DNA of 64,000 bases from Minisyncoccota bacterium (GCA_041659205.1 JBAZYS010000004.1:587-64586); one strand, 5' to 3'. Shown: positions 28,751 to 37,740, counted from the first letter of the stretch. Notes: a model not told the origin generated them from the sequence alone. Made by a program: numbers and translations.

Positions 28751-29107
28751 TTACTTTTTATTTTTAAACAGTCGCTCTGCCCATGCGGCAGCTTTTTCTC
28801 CTTTCTCCTGAGCAACTTTACGAATATCGACTTTAGTAATGGCGTATCCGTCTGGTAAGACGGGAAAAAAATCTTCAACTTCACAATTAAACAAAGTAGC
28901 CAATTTCCAAAGTGATACAGCTGAAACGTTATTCCTACCATTCTCTATATGTGTAACCGCTTCACGAGATATTTTTAAATGATCGGCAACTGTTTGAGCA
29001 CTAAGTCCAAGTGACCCTCGCAATTGCTTTATTGTCTTGCCAATTTCTTTTTTAATTTCATTGTCTGCGGCATCTCTATCGTCTATTGTAACTTTTTTCT
29101 TTTTCAC
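28751..29107 (-). CDS. XRE-family HTH regulator
   Basis: IKQLR...ISREAVTHIENG...LATLFNC. Confidence 0.9.
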   Translation of the reverse strand: MKKKKVTIDDRDAADNEIKKEIGKTIKQLRGSLGLSAQTVADHLKISREAVTHIENGRNNVSAVSLWKLATLFNCEVEDFFPVLPDGYAITKVDIRKVAQEKGEKAAAWAERLFKNKK

Positions 29108-29142
29108 ATGAAATAGGTAATGTTGATAATGCGGTCCAAGAT

Positions 29143-29196
29143 ATACCGACTGGTATTCTTTGTACCAAGGCTGGTACTATAAATACCAATTGATAC
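29143..29196. promoter_or_regulatory. Candidate XRE operators in the divergent promoter region
   Basis: ATACC-GACT-GGTAT (29143), GTACCA-AGGC-TGGTAC (29162), ATACC-AATT-GATAC (29183). Confidence 0.5.
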
Positions 29197-29292
29197 ATCT
29201 AGTAACCTTGCTATGGTATCAGGTTTGGGTGTAATATTCAAGTACGGTCAGTGGGCGCCGTATTTATTATAAAAGCCGACAGAATTAAATTT

Positions 29293-29547
29293 ATGGTAGA
29301 CAATAATAAAAAAGAAAAGGATAGTGTCGTGGTTCACATTGATAAATCAGAATATCGTTCTCCTAATCCCACTACTGGTGTGGCGCTTTACGCTTTGGGA
29401 AACATCAATTCGGCCGAATATGATTTATATCAAGAGGTACCTGGTCACGGAGATGATAAACTAATACCTGCTGACACAACAGAGATTAAACTTAAAAATG
29501 GAGAACATTTTTACAGTGTTCAGAAAAAAATTAACCCAGGAGCATAA
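29293..29547 (+). CDS. Ubiquitin-like (multiubiquitin-domain) protein
   Basis: Beta-grasp-like VHID...TG..LY.L...LKNGEHFYS; ends INPG-A. Confidence 0.8.
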   Translation: MVDNNKKEKDSVVVHIDKSEYRSPNPTTGVALYALGNINSAEYDLYQEVPGHGDDKLIPADTTEIKLKNGEHFYSVQKKINPGA

Positions 29548-29550
29548 GCA

Positions 29551-29937
29551 ATGGCAGCAATAGAGTTACAAAAAGAGGACGCTTCGTACTTAGCTGAGAA
29601 AAGTTATCAGTATGAATTGTTCCCCGAGAATAACGAGTTGCATGTGATTATAAAGGAATTTCCGTTTCCAACTAGTTTATATTCGCCAAGTACAGCAGAG
29701 TTGTTGATTAAAATTCCACCAGGATATCCCAATACTCAATTGGATATGTTTTGGACTAATCCAGAAATCAAGAAAGTTGATGGTCAGGCTCCTGCAGCAT
29801 CTGAAACTCGTGAACAACATCACGGGCGTAGCTGGCAACGTTGGTCTAGACATTACGCGTCGGGGTGGCGACCTGGGATCGACGGACTAAGAAGTTTTAT
29901 TCAATCTATTAATGCCGAGCTACTAACGGGCAGATAA
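29551..29937 (+). CDS. Prokaryotic E2/UBC-like protein (family E), cysteine-free
   Basis: IPPGYP..QLDMFW, WQRWSRH, WRPGID; no Cys in 128 aa. Confidence 0.85.
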   Translation: MAAIELQKEDASYLAEKSYQYELFPENNELHVIIKEFPFPTSLYSPSTAELLIKIPPGYPNTQLDMFWTNPEIKKVDGQAPAASETREQHHGRSWQRWSRHYASGWRPGIDGLRSFIQSINAELLTGR

Positions 29938-29941
29938 CAAC

Positions 29942-31327
29942 ATGGAATACAGCATATCTTTTAAAGAGGAAGACTATCAACGCCTCGTAGAGCATTTATT
30001 CTCTAATCGTACTACGGAATGCGCAGCATATCTTTTATGCGGTGTATCTAGGAGCGACACTGAGATACGCTTGCTTGTTCGTTCAGTTATTCCTGTAGAG
30101 GATGCGGATATTGAAGAATCTTCTCCTGTGCATATGAAAATAAGGTCGCTGTCGTATGTTCGCGCAATTAAACAGGCACGCAAGGCAGGTGAAGGATTTA
30201 TTTTTGTGCATTCGCACCCTAAAGAAAGCCCTCAGCATTCTAAGCAAGATGATATAGAGGAGGAAAAACTTTTCAAAACTGTTTATCAAAGAATTCCCGA
30301 TATGATACATGCTAGTTTGGTCTTATCGGAGCCATCACGATTTTCTGCACGTGTGTGGTTGGATGATGGGTCTAACATTCCAGTCAGTGTAGTTAGGTCA
30401 ATTGGGCATAGATTCCGTTTTTTTAGCAACCACGAAGACAAAAACCCTCATCCAGAATTTTTTGATCGGCAAATTAAAGCTTTCGGCAAAGACATACAAT
30501 CAACTCTTAACAAACTAAAGATTGGTATAGTGGGTCTTGGTGGAACTGGTTCAGCGGTGGCTGAGCAGCTTATTAGACTTGGAGTTGGTACCTTATATCT
30601 TTTTGATGATGATACCTTTGATTCTACAAATATAAATAGAGTTTACGGTTCACGTCTATCTGATACAAAAAAACTAAAGGTTGAGATAATACAACGCCTG
30701 GCTACGGAGATAGGGTTAGGGACTATCGTTAAAATTTTCAACAAAAAAATAACCTATCAGAGTGTTTTGCAAGATTTAAAAAAATGCGATATTGTTTTTG
30801 GTTGTACTGATGACAATTGGGGTAGGTCAATTTTATCTCGCCTCGCTGTCTATTATTTAATCCCAGTCATTGATATGGGCGTAAAAATAAACTCTAAAAA
30901 TAACGAGATAGTTTCTATCCATGGACGCGTGACTGTACTCTTACCAGACCATGCGTGTTTATTTTGCAGAGATCGCATTGATTCAGGTATAATGAGTACA
31001 GAAATTGCGGAAGCAACTAACCCTAGCGATGCGGCAACACGGAAGAAAGAAGGTTACATTCCGGAATTACCAGACAGTGCACCAGCGGTCATACCATTTA
31101 CCACAATAGTTGCAGCTACTTCAGTCAGTGAACTTCTGCATCGCCTCACAGGTTTTCTTGGTGAAGATCGAAAAACCAACGAAGTGATACATCTCTTTGA
31201 CCAGGAAAGAATCGGTAAGAATGCTCGTGCTTCTGAAAATGGATGTGTTTGTGGCGATAAAAATCATATTGCTCGTGGAGATGTCGATCCACATGCACTT
31301 GGATTAACATGGAGAAATGAAGATTAA
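29942..31327 (+). CDS. JAB peptidase - E1/ThiF fusion
   Basis: ECAA...HSHP...SKQDD JAB motif; GLGGTGS, DDD....TNINR, GCTD, CLFC, GYI, CVC. Confidence 0.9.
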   Translation: MEYSISFKEEDYQRLVEHLFSNRTTECAAYLLCGVSRSDTEIRLLVRSVIPVEDADIEESSPVHMKIRSLSYVRAIKQARKAGEGFIFVHSHPKESPQHSKQDDIEEEKLFKTVYQRIPDMIHASLVLSEPSRFSARVWLDDGSNIPVSVVRSIGHRFRFFSNHEDKNPHPEFFDRQIKAFGKDIQSTLNKLKIGIVGLGGTGSAVAEQLIRLGVGTLYLFDDDTFDSTNINRVYGSRLSDTKKLKVEIIQRLATEIGLGTIVKIFNKKITYQSVLQDLKKCDIVFGCTDDNWGRSILSRLAVYYLIPVIDMGVKINSKNNEIVSIHGRVTVLLPDHACLFCRDRIDSGIMSTEIAEATNPSDAATRKKEGYIPELPDSAPAVIPFTTIVAATSVSELLHRLTGFLGEDRKTNEVIHLFDQERIGKNARASENGCVCGDKNHIARGDVDPHALGLTWRNED

Positions 31328-31661
31328 AAAACTTTTTTACAATTGGTGGAATTCAGCTCGTTCTTTTAAATACAAGAAGGTTTATTTTGTTTCCTCTATA
31401 AATAAAATACCTGAAGGTAAATTAGAGAAACATATTTATATTGTATCTAAAGAAGGAAAAAATCTATGGGTGGTTATGGATTGTCCAAAAGGACATGACA
31501 GACGCATAGAGGTAAATTTAATGAAAAGCATTAAACCTTTCTGGGAAATACAACTTCAGAACGGTAAGCTTACATTATATCCATCCATAGTTGTTTCAGG
31601 AAAATCCTGTAATTGCCATTTTTGGCTAAGAGATAATAAAGTATACGATGCACACTGGTAG
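31317..31661 (+). CDS. DUF6527-like metal-binding protein
   Basis: CPKGH...P.W...LTLYPSI...CNCHFW; overlaps the E1 stop. Confidence 0.75.
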   Translation: MKIKKLFYNWWNSARSFKYKKVYFVSSINKIPEGKLEKHIYIVSKEGKNLWVVMDCPKGHDRRIEVNLMKSIKPFWEIQLQNGKLTLYPSIVVSGKSCNCHFWLRDNKVYDAHW

Positions 31662-31704
31662 TTTTTGGAAATTAATATAAATTACAAGCAAAAAAACAAG
31701 AATA

Positions 31705-32076
31705 ATGAGTCCTGATTTTACAAAACAAATGGTAGATATGCTTTTAGGTTCCATACCAAAAGGAACAATTTGGGCTTTGCAATTTGTCTGGGATATCATT
31801 AAAACTTTCTTGTCGAATAACTTAATGGCTGTAACTATTATTCTTATTATTATCCTCATCTATGCAGTCCTTAGGGCTCTTATGGGAGATTGGTGGGTAT
31901 TAGGGAAAGTACTACATAAGTATTTATATTGGGGATCAGGGCTACTTATCGCCTTTATATGGGGTCCTGAAGTGTTTGCAGGCACTTATGTAGACATATG
32001 GTTATATATTCTATCTATAACTTGTTTTATCGTGGTTGGAGTAATTTTGAACAAAACAGGACTAAAAAGAATTTAA
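31705..32076 (+). CDS. Membrane protein, hypothetical
   Basis: 123 aa, about 3 TM segments. Confidence 0.7.
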   Translation: MSPDFTKQMVDMLLGSIPKGTIWALQFVWDIIKTFLSNNLMAVTIILIIILIYAVLRALMGDWWVLGKVLHKYLYWGSGLLIAFIWGPEVFAGTYVDIWLYILSITCFIVVGVILNKTGLKRI

Positions 32077-32119
32077 TTTCTCTTTTGGTTTTATTTTAAA
32101 TTTAATATAATTAATTGGT

Positions 32120-33472
32120 ATGAGTGAGAAATATTTAAAATCTCATCAATACTATATTGATCTTTACGATCGTGGTACCGTAGAGGTTTGTCGTAGGCTA
32201 GATAAGCCATCTCCTGAACCTGATAAAGAAGAACTTAAAGAAAAAAAGATAACTAGAAGACAAGCAAAAGTTTTAGATAAAGGTGTTCGAGATTGGATTA
32301 TTCATTTTCAAGCTGGTGAAAGATATCTTAAAAAAGACTCAACAATTCGTGAGTGGATGGATAGAGATCAAAAGAGAGATGAGTTATATGAAAATGCAGA
32401 AGCTCCTGAAGATATTCGCTGTCTTACTTGTCGTAACAAAATGAAACCGACATTTAAAGAACTCTGGTTAGAATCCGATAAACCAGATCGTGTTTTATTT
32501 ATGTACGATTGTCCTAATAAATGTTTACCGAGACGATCATTCTTTCATGATGGTGAAGAGTGGAGAACAAAACCACATCTTTGTATCCGTTGTAATTCTC
32601 CAGTCACCCAAACTTCAGAAGATGATGGTGTAAAAATGATTACTACTTCTACTTGTAAGAAATGTGGGCATATTGAGAAAGAAGAATATACATGGAGTGT
32701 TAAAAAAGAGGAAGATGGTCTCGATGAGAATTTTGCAGTTGATAGAGATCGTTTCTGTTTAAGCGATGAGGACGGTAAAAAGTTTCAGGATGAAAAATGG
32801 AACATGGAAAGTGCTGGTAAGTTCATGGAAGAGTGGAAAGAAAAAGAGAAAGCAAAAGAAGAAAAATTAAAACAAAATCCAAAGGGCTTTCATCTTGAGG
32901 GTGCAGGTTACACTTGTTTTATCTGTGGTGATAGTACTCCTGAGGGTGATAATTGGTACGACAAGTGGGGTATAAAATGTTTAGTCTGCCAAAAAGCAAT
33001 CGATGAGGGTGAAATACCACCTGCTTTGGCTAAATATCAAGACACTTGGTATACGAAGCATGACTTTGAATATTACTTTAATGTTAATCGTTTTGGTTTA
33101 CAAAAGTGGATTAAAAACGGAATATTAAGACCTAGGACAATCAGTCATTATGGTAAAGGCGAACATACACAAATCTTTCTTATGAAAGATAACAAAGGAC
33201 TATTGCCACCTAAAAAATTACTTAAAGGTCATTCAGTAAAAACAGTAGAAAAAGACGGCAAAGAATATACTCATATGGAAAAGTGGTATAGATTTGTTGA
33301 TCCTTTTAAATATCTTAAGAAATACAGAATTATGAGATATTTAAGAGTTGTTCCACCCGAAGAGGTAAAAGCAAAAGAAGAGGCAGAAAAGAAAAAACAG
33401 GAAGAAAAACAGGCACGTCGAGAACAGAGGAGACTTTTAAAACAAAAAATTAATCGTAAAAAGATAAATTAA
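32120..33472 (+). CDS. Multi-CxxC zinc-binding hypothetical protein
   Basis: CLTC, CPNKC, CIRC, CKKC, CFIC, CLVC; basic coiled C-terminus. Confidence 0.75.
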   Translation: MSEKYLKSHQYYIDLYDRGTVEVCRRLDKPSPEPDKEELKEKKITRRQAKVLDKGVRDWIIHFQAGERYLKKDSTIREWMDRDQKRDELYENAEAPEDIRCLTCRNKMKPTFKELWLESDKPDRVLFMYDCPNKCLPRRSFFHDGEEWRTKPHLCIRCNSPVTQTSEDDGVKMITTSTCKKCGHIEKEEYTWSVKKEEDGLDENFAVDRDRFCLSDEDGKKFQDEKWNMESAGKFMEEWKEKEKAKEEKLKQNPKGFHLEGAGYTCFICGDSTPEGDNWYDKWGIKCLVCQKAIDEGEIPPALAKYQDTWYTKHDFEYYFNVNRFGLQKWIKNGILRPRTISHYGKGEHTQIFLMKDNKGLLPPKKLLKGHSVKTVEKDGKEYTHMEKWYRFVDPFKYLKKYRIMRYLRVVPPEEVKAKEEAEKKKQEEKQARREQRRLLKQKINRKKIN

Positions 33473-33481
33473 ATAATCCAC

Positions 33482-33802
33482 TGAAATGCTGGCAATAGTT
33501 TCGAAGTACTATTTAAATACTACTTCTTGGAACGTTGAGAGAGAGCGCTTGCCGCAGCCGATTTCTCGTCTTTGGTAGCTCTCGGATCTTTCAACACCTT
33601 AGCTGCTTCAGAAGCAACTTTAGCACTGGTTCTTCTAGACATAAATTATATCTGTTAGTTGTTTTGATAATTAGGAAGCTCGACCTTTGTTCACTTCCCC
33701 GAACAATCGCCTTATTGGAAAGCAACTGTTCAGGAAGGACAAAGGTGAGTAGAACCTAACCAATACAAAACCCGGGGCACCATTTTTATTGCCAGCATTT
33801 CA
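33482..33802. repeat. 16-bp perfect inverted repeats enclosing a small ORF and a long hairpin
   Basis: TGAAATGCTGGCAATA 33482-33497 / TATTGCCAGCATTTCA 33787-33802. Confidence 0.85.
33520..33642 (-). CDS. 40-aa basic small protein (not in ORF track)
   Basis: MSRRTSAKVASEAAKVLKDPRATKDEKSAAASALSQRSKK; Ala/Ser/Lys-rich and helical. Confidence 0.7.
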   Translation of the reverse strand: MSRRTSAKVASEAAKVLKDPRATKDEKSAAASALSQRSKK

Positions 33803-33977
33803 AAGGACTAATTGATACAATATATCATAACTTACAAGTTTTACCCTTAGCCTTAGGGACTGTCACTTTTGTCACTTTTTGAGGTGCTCGAGATGCGTCG
33901 TTTTGGTATAATAAAAGGGTTAAAAATAACATTACAGGGTAAGGAACTGATTGGTTCTAACTCGAGTCTCCCAGCTT

Positions 33978-35348
33978 ATGTCAATAGAAGGAATAAAAAA
34001 ATTTTACGCTGTCCCAGATGAATCAAGGATTCCTAAAGAACAAAAGGATCAAGTAATGGCGCAGGTAAAAAAACTCGAAGAAACATTAGAACGGTTGTTT
34101 CCAGTACCATGCTCCTATGGTAAATGTGAAGTCGGTCAGTATTCTGGCCTAACAATTGTAGATCGCTTAATTGATACAGATGAAACTACAATAGGTGTCC
34201 CTCAGGGAGAAGCAAAAAATCGACTTACAAAAGAAGCAGATTTGGCCATAAAAGAAAATTGTCCATTGGTATTGGTTGGTATATATGGAACACCTAGACA
34301 TTTAGACAAACCAGAAATGAATAAAGCTCAACTTTCTGACATGTCTGCAATCATGATGGTGCAAGCAGCTATGGATAGGGTATATTCAGCTCATCTGCCT
34401 GGAGCAAAATATCGTGCTATTGATGAGGACTTAACTGCTCTTTGGTTGGACATTGCGCAACACCCTTCAGGAGAGAGGGGGGCAGAAAATTTTAAAACAA
34501 TATATAAAAAATACTTTGATGATAGGGAACGTTTAATTTGTACTCTTGAAAAAGAGGGCCTTCTTAATACTGGTAATACTAAAATTGAGTTACTATCTGA
34601 AGCAGATTTATACGGACAAGTATGGAAAAAGAAAGGCTCACTTTATTTACCACCGCAAGAAGATTTTTTGACGAAATGTGAAACAATTAGACCTCATATT
34701 TTAAACTATTTAATTTCAAACACTGAAATTTTACAGAAATTTTATGGAGAAAATGATAAACAATGGATAAAATCAGAAGAAGATCCAGATCTATGGAAAA
34801 AATGCCAAGAGACGATAAAGGGAACAGATGAATATAATAAAGCACTTACAGTGGCTGGATGGCAGGGCTTCATTCCACCTGAAATGATGAAATATTATCT
34901 AGAAAAGTTTAGATGCATCCTCGGCAATGCTACATTTAAGGCCAATGATCCGAAATTACTTTTTCATATAGCAACCTACCTTTCATCTACATTGGCAAAA
35001 CGTCACGCTGGAACACTAACTGAAGGAGTTCCAGCAGGTAGCCCAATTATACGTGTACCACTTGTACGTCCTCCTACGGGAACGCCTCCTTCATTTCAAT
35101 CCCTGGTTCCTTTACGTACATTACCTAAACCTAAAGGCAATATGGACAAGAGGCTAAGCAGTACAAATAGAGCAGCATGGCTTAGTGTTGCTGTACAAAA
35201 TGCTAACAAACTTAGATTGGTCGATACATCAAAAGTTACGGACTTGCCAGAAGAATCAGTAATTCCTGTGCAAATTTATGTAGTAGGACCAGACAATGGT
35301 CTAGGTTCTTATTTAGTAGACACAGCGATAGTTTTGTCAGACTTGTAA
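33978..35348 (+). CDS. Hypothetical protein, remote PvcA/Dit1-like N-terminal pattern
   Basis: AIKENCPLVLVGIYG...LSDMSAI...VYSAHLPGAKYRAIDED. Confidence 0.55.
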   Translation: MSIEGIKKFYAVPDESRIPKEQKDQVMAQVKKLEETLERLFPVPCSYGKCEVGQYSGLTIVDRLIDTDETTIGVPQGEAKNRLTKEADLAIKENCPLVLVGIYGTPRHLDKPEMNKAQLSDMSAIMMVQAAMDRVYSAHLPGAKYRAIDEDLTALWLDIAQHPSGERGAENFKTIYKKYFDDRERLICTLEKEGLLNTGNTKIELLSEADLYGQVWKKKGSLYLPPQEDFLTKCETIRPHILNYLISNTEILQKFYGENDKQWIKSEEDPDLWKKCQETIKGTDEYNKALTVAGWQGFIPPEMMKYYLEKFRCILGNATFKANDPKLLFHIATYLSSTLAKRHAGTLTEGVPAGSPIIRVPLVRPPTGTPPSFQSLVPLRTLPKPKGNMDKRLSSTNRAAWLSVAVQNANKLRLVDTSKVTDLPEESVIPVQIYVVGPDNGLGSYLVDTAIVLSDL

Positions 35349-35363
35349 TAAGTTTCAAAATAT

Positions 35364-35723
35364 ATGACACAAGAAGAGCAATATTTGCCAGAAGATCAAG
35401 AATTACTTGATGAGCTAGAAGCCATTAATCCACTTTCCACAGGACAGGCACTGGAGGAGCAGAAGAAACGAATTCAAGTTATTGAAATTAAAGCATTATT
35501 AAAGAGTAGAAAAAGTGCTGATACTTTTAGTAAAACAACAACAAGATTTTCTATAATAATTGCGGTATTTACGCTAATCCAAATAGTAATTGCTTCTATG
35601 CAATTTACTGTAAGCATTTTAAGTGTTGAAAATAAATTATTAGGAATTTTTTTAGCAATTTCTTTTATTGTAATAATACTTTGGATTATACAAAAATCCA
35701 ATGAACTTTTAAAAGATAAATAG
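35364..35723 (+). CDS. 2-TM membrane protein
   Basis: 119 aa; two C-terminal hydrophobic helices. Confidence 0.7.
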   Translation: MTQEEQYLPEDQELLDELEAINPLSTGQALEEQKKRIQVIEIKALLKSRKSADTFSKTTTRFSIIIAVFTLIQIVIASMQFTVSILSVENKLLGIFLAISFIVIILWIIQKSNELLKDK

Positions 35724-35740
35724 TTTATATAATAAAAACA

Positions 35741-35986
35741 ATGAAGAAAATATTTAAAATAATATTACCCATAATTCTTCTAGCGATAATTTTATTGCCG
35801 TTTTCTACATTTGCTAAAAGTCTATATTATAAAAATATTTTTGGTTCGAAAATTCATGTTCCAGTTCAGGCACAAATTATACCAAAAGGGGCATCTGCAC
35901 AATGCAGAAACGGAAAGTATAGTTTCAGTGTGACAAGACGTGGTACTTGTTCAGGTAACGGAGGAGTAAAAATATGGTATAAATAA
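35741..35986 (+). CDS. DUF3761-like secreted protein
   Basis: Signal peptide; GASAQCRNGKYSFS..RRGTCSGNGGV. Confidence 0.8.
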   Translation: MKKIFKIILPIILLAIILLPFSTFAKSLYYKNIFGSKIHVPVQAQIIPKGASAQCRNGKYSFSVTRRGTCSGNGGVKIWYK

Positions 35987-35997
35987 ATTTAAACATT

Positions 35998-36873
35998 ATG
36001 ACAACTGATGATTTAGTAAAACAATTTAATTTACCATTTGCAAATTTTTCTGAACCAATTAAGTGGCAAGGTGATGTTGGTTTTAGTACAACTCAAAGCT
36101 ATGGAGACGGATACGGATCATTGTACAAATTTGGGATTCACAGCCAAAAATCAGAAGAGAATTTAAGAAATCTATCAGTCAGTGTAAGTTATGGAAAGGA
36201 AACTGAAGGTGGTATTAGTTTAGGGACAGGTAAAAGGGGTATTTTTAATCCACTAGATTTAAATTTTAGTGATGAATTTTCTTACAGTGAAAGTCAAGGA
36301 AAGTTTTTTCATTATGGAGAAGTAATTAATGCAAAAGACATACTTCTATATATAGAAAAAATGCATAAAAAACCTACAAATTTAAGAAAAGGCTTTTTCC
36401 TTATAACCAAGCTCTGGTTTTGGCGTGAGGCACTTCCTGCATTTATTAAATTCATAGATATAATCTTAATATACATTTTATTGTTAATTTCAGGAGAAAA
36501 AATTATAAATAATGATATTATAAAGAGATATTTTTCAAAAAGATTTGACGAAAAGAATAATCAAAAAACAGATACGGAATTTGAGTTTTTGGACGGTGGA
36601 ACTATGACTTTTTTTGGCTATACAGCAAAACGTTGGTCAGTTGTTTTTTACTGTTCTCTTCATTTGGTTATTTATGTTTTTTTCTTCTATCTACAAAATA
36701 ATCATTATATTCTTATTAGCAGAATAGGCAAAAATAGCTTTTTGATTATTTGTTATGTGGTTATTTCTTTTGTAATTACAGAGTCAGTAATTCCAAAAGG
36801 AATTAAGGCTGTTATTGCAAAAACTCCTAGGATTTTCACGGAGGTCGCTTTTAAGAGTATAAAGGTTTCATAG
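35998..36873 (+). CDS. Membrane protein, hypothetical
   Basis: 291 aa; soluble N-terminal half plus about 3 TM segments. Confidence 0.7.
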   Translation: MTTDDLVKQFNLPFANFSEPIKWQGDVGFSTTQSYGDGYGSLYKFGIHSQKSEENLRNLSVSVSYGKETEGGISLGTGKRGIFNPLDLNFSDEFSYSESQGKFFHYGEVINAKDILLYIEKMHKKPTNLRKGFFLITKLWFWREALPAFIKFIDIILIYILLLISGEKIINNDIIKRYFSKRFDEKNNQKTDTEFEFLDGGTMTFFGYTAKRWSVVFYCSLHLVIYVFFFYLQNNHYILISRIGKNSFLIICYVVISFVITESVIPKGIKAVIAKTPRIFTEVAFKSIKVS

Positions 36874-36898
36874 TCTAATCATGTTATAATATTTTCAT

Positions 36899-37291
36899 AT
36901 GAATAAAGTTACACATTTTGAATTTCCTTGGGATGACAAGGAGCGAGCAAAGTCATTTTATCAGAACGTTTTTGATTGGAAGCCCTTTGAGTGGGAGCAA
37001 ATGGGTTATACAAGCTGGCAGACTGGTCCAATAGATGAGAAAATGCAACCCACAGAAACTGGTTTTATAAATGGGGGCTCTAGTAAGCGTGATCCTAGCA
37101 TGCCATATCCGATGTTTTATGTTGATGTCCCAGATATGGACTTGGCATTGAGTAAAATTGTCGAAAATGGCGGCTCTGTCGTAAAAGGTAAAACTCCATT
37201 AGGGGAAAATGGCTCTATGGGCTTCCTCGCTTGGTTTAAGGATTCAGAAGGGAACATCCTTGGCCTATCTCAATACAACAAGCCTGTATAA
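36899..37291 (+). CDS. VOC/glyoxalase-family protein
   Basis: VTHFEF...FYQNVFDW, GFINGG, FKDSEGNILGL. Confidence 0.9.
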   Translation: MNKVTHFEFPWDDKERAKSFYQNVFDWKPFEWEQMGYTSWQTGPIDEKMQPTETGFINGGSSKRDPSMPYPMFYVDVPDMDLALSKIVENGGSVVKGKTPLGENGSMGFLAWFKDSEGNILGLSQYNKPV

Positions 37292-37296
37292 AAATA

Positions 37297-37324
37297 TGAA
37301 AGCCCCGGCGAGAGTCGGGGCTTG
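37297..37324 (-). terminator. Hairpin terminator between convergent genes
   Basis: AAGCCCCGGC-GAGA-GTCGGGGCTT. Confidence 0.7.
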
Positions 37325-37374
37325 GGGCTGATGAAAAACAGATCTAAGAACAAGAAGGCGGCGGCGAAGTTAGC

Positions 37375-37740
37375 TCAGCGAGAAAGTTCAGCCCGAGCTT
37401 TTGATCCGTACCCCTCGACGAAGATTTTGTCTGCGCTCCCACGAAGGATGGAAGAAATCGACCTGTGGGAATAGCGATTGCGAAGCATCTTGTCGGCGTC
37501 GAGGCAATCCTTTTCTTTCTCGTGCTCTGGGCCACAAATGAGCATGACCGTCCTATTCTTTCCCTTACTGAACCTGGAGAGCTTTTTTCGCGCCCAGGAG
37601 AGAAGGTTCTTCTTTGCTTCTGCGATGTCCTTTGCCTCGAACTTCACGTCGTTAAAAGAGAAGATGGGGATCCTTTCTACGCCCCGGCTTCGTCTGTACG
37701 TTGTGACGCTAAGGCTGGCATGCCAGATTGTTTTTGTCAT
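37375..37740 (-). CDS. GC-rich basic orphan protein
   Basis: AAAGGAG SD before ATG 37740; TTGACA...TATACT upstream; terminator downstream. Confidence 0.6.
   Translation of the reverse strand: MTKTIWHASLSVTTYRRSRGVERIPIFSFNDVKFEAKDIAEAKKNLLSWARKKLSRFSKGKNRTVMLICGPEHEKEKDCLDADKMLRNRYSHRSISSILRGSADKIFVEGYGSKARAELSR

Larger units (their letters stand above)
19646..33900. mobile_element. tRNA-Gln-adjacent genomic island with serine recombinase and defence cargo (right end uncertain)
   Basis: Starts directly after the tRNA; carries recombinase, R-M, ParB-MTase, XRE/ImmA and a ubiquitin-like operon; no housekeeping genes. Confidence 0.7.

Noticed and set aside
29551-31327. CBASS Cap2/Cap3 or ThiF/MoeB cofactor biosynthesis
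   Set aside because: No CD-NTase or effector gene and no thi/moa genes; a dedicated Ubl and a Cys-free E2 fit a Bub-like operon better
24096-33472. Prophage
   Set aside because: Phage-like regulators and a terminase-small-like HTH are present, but no large terminase, portal, capsid, tail or lysis genes
33535-33759. 74-aa + strand ORF from the track
   Set aside because: TTG start and no protein-like features; it is antisense to the more plausible 40-aa ORF and runs across the hairpin
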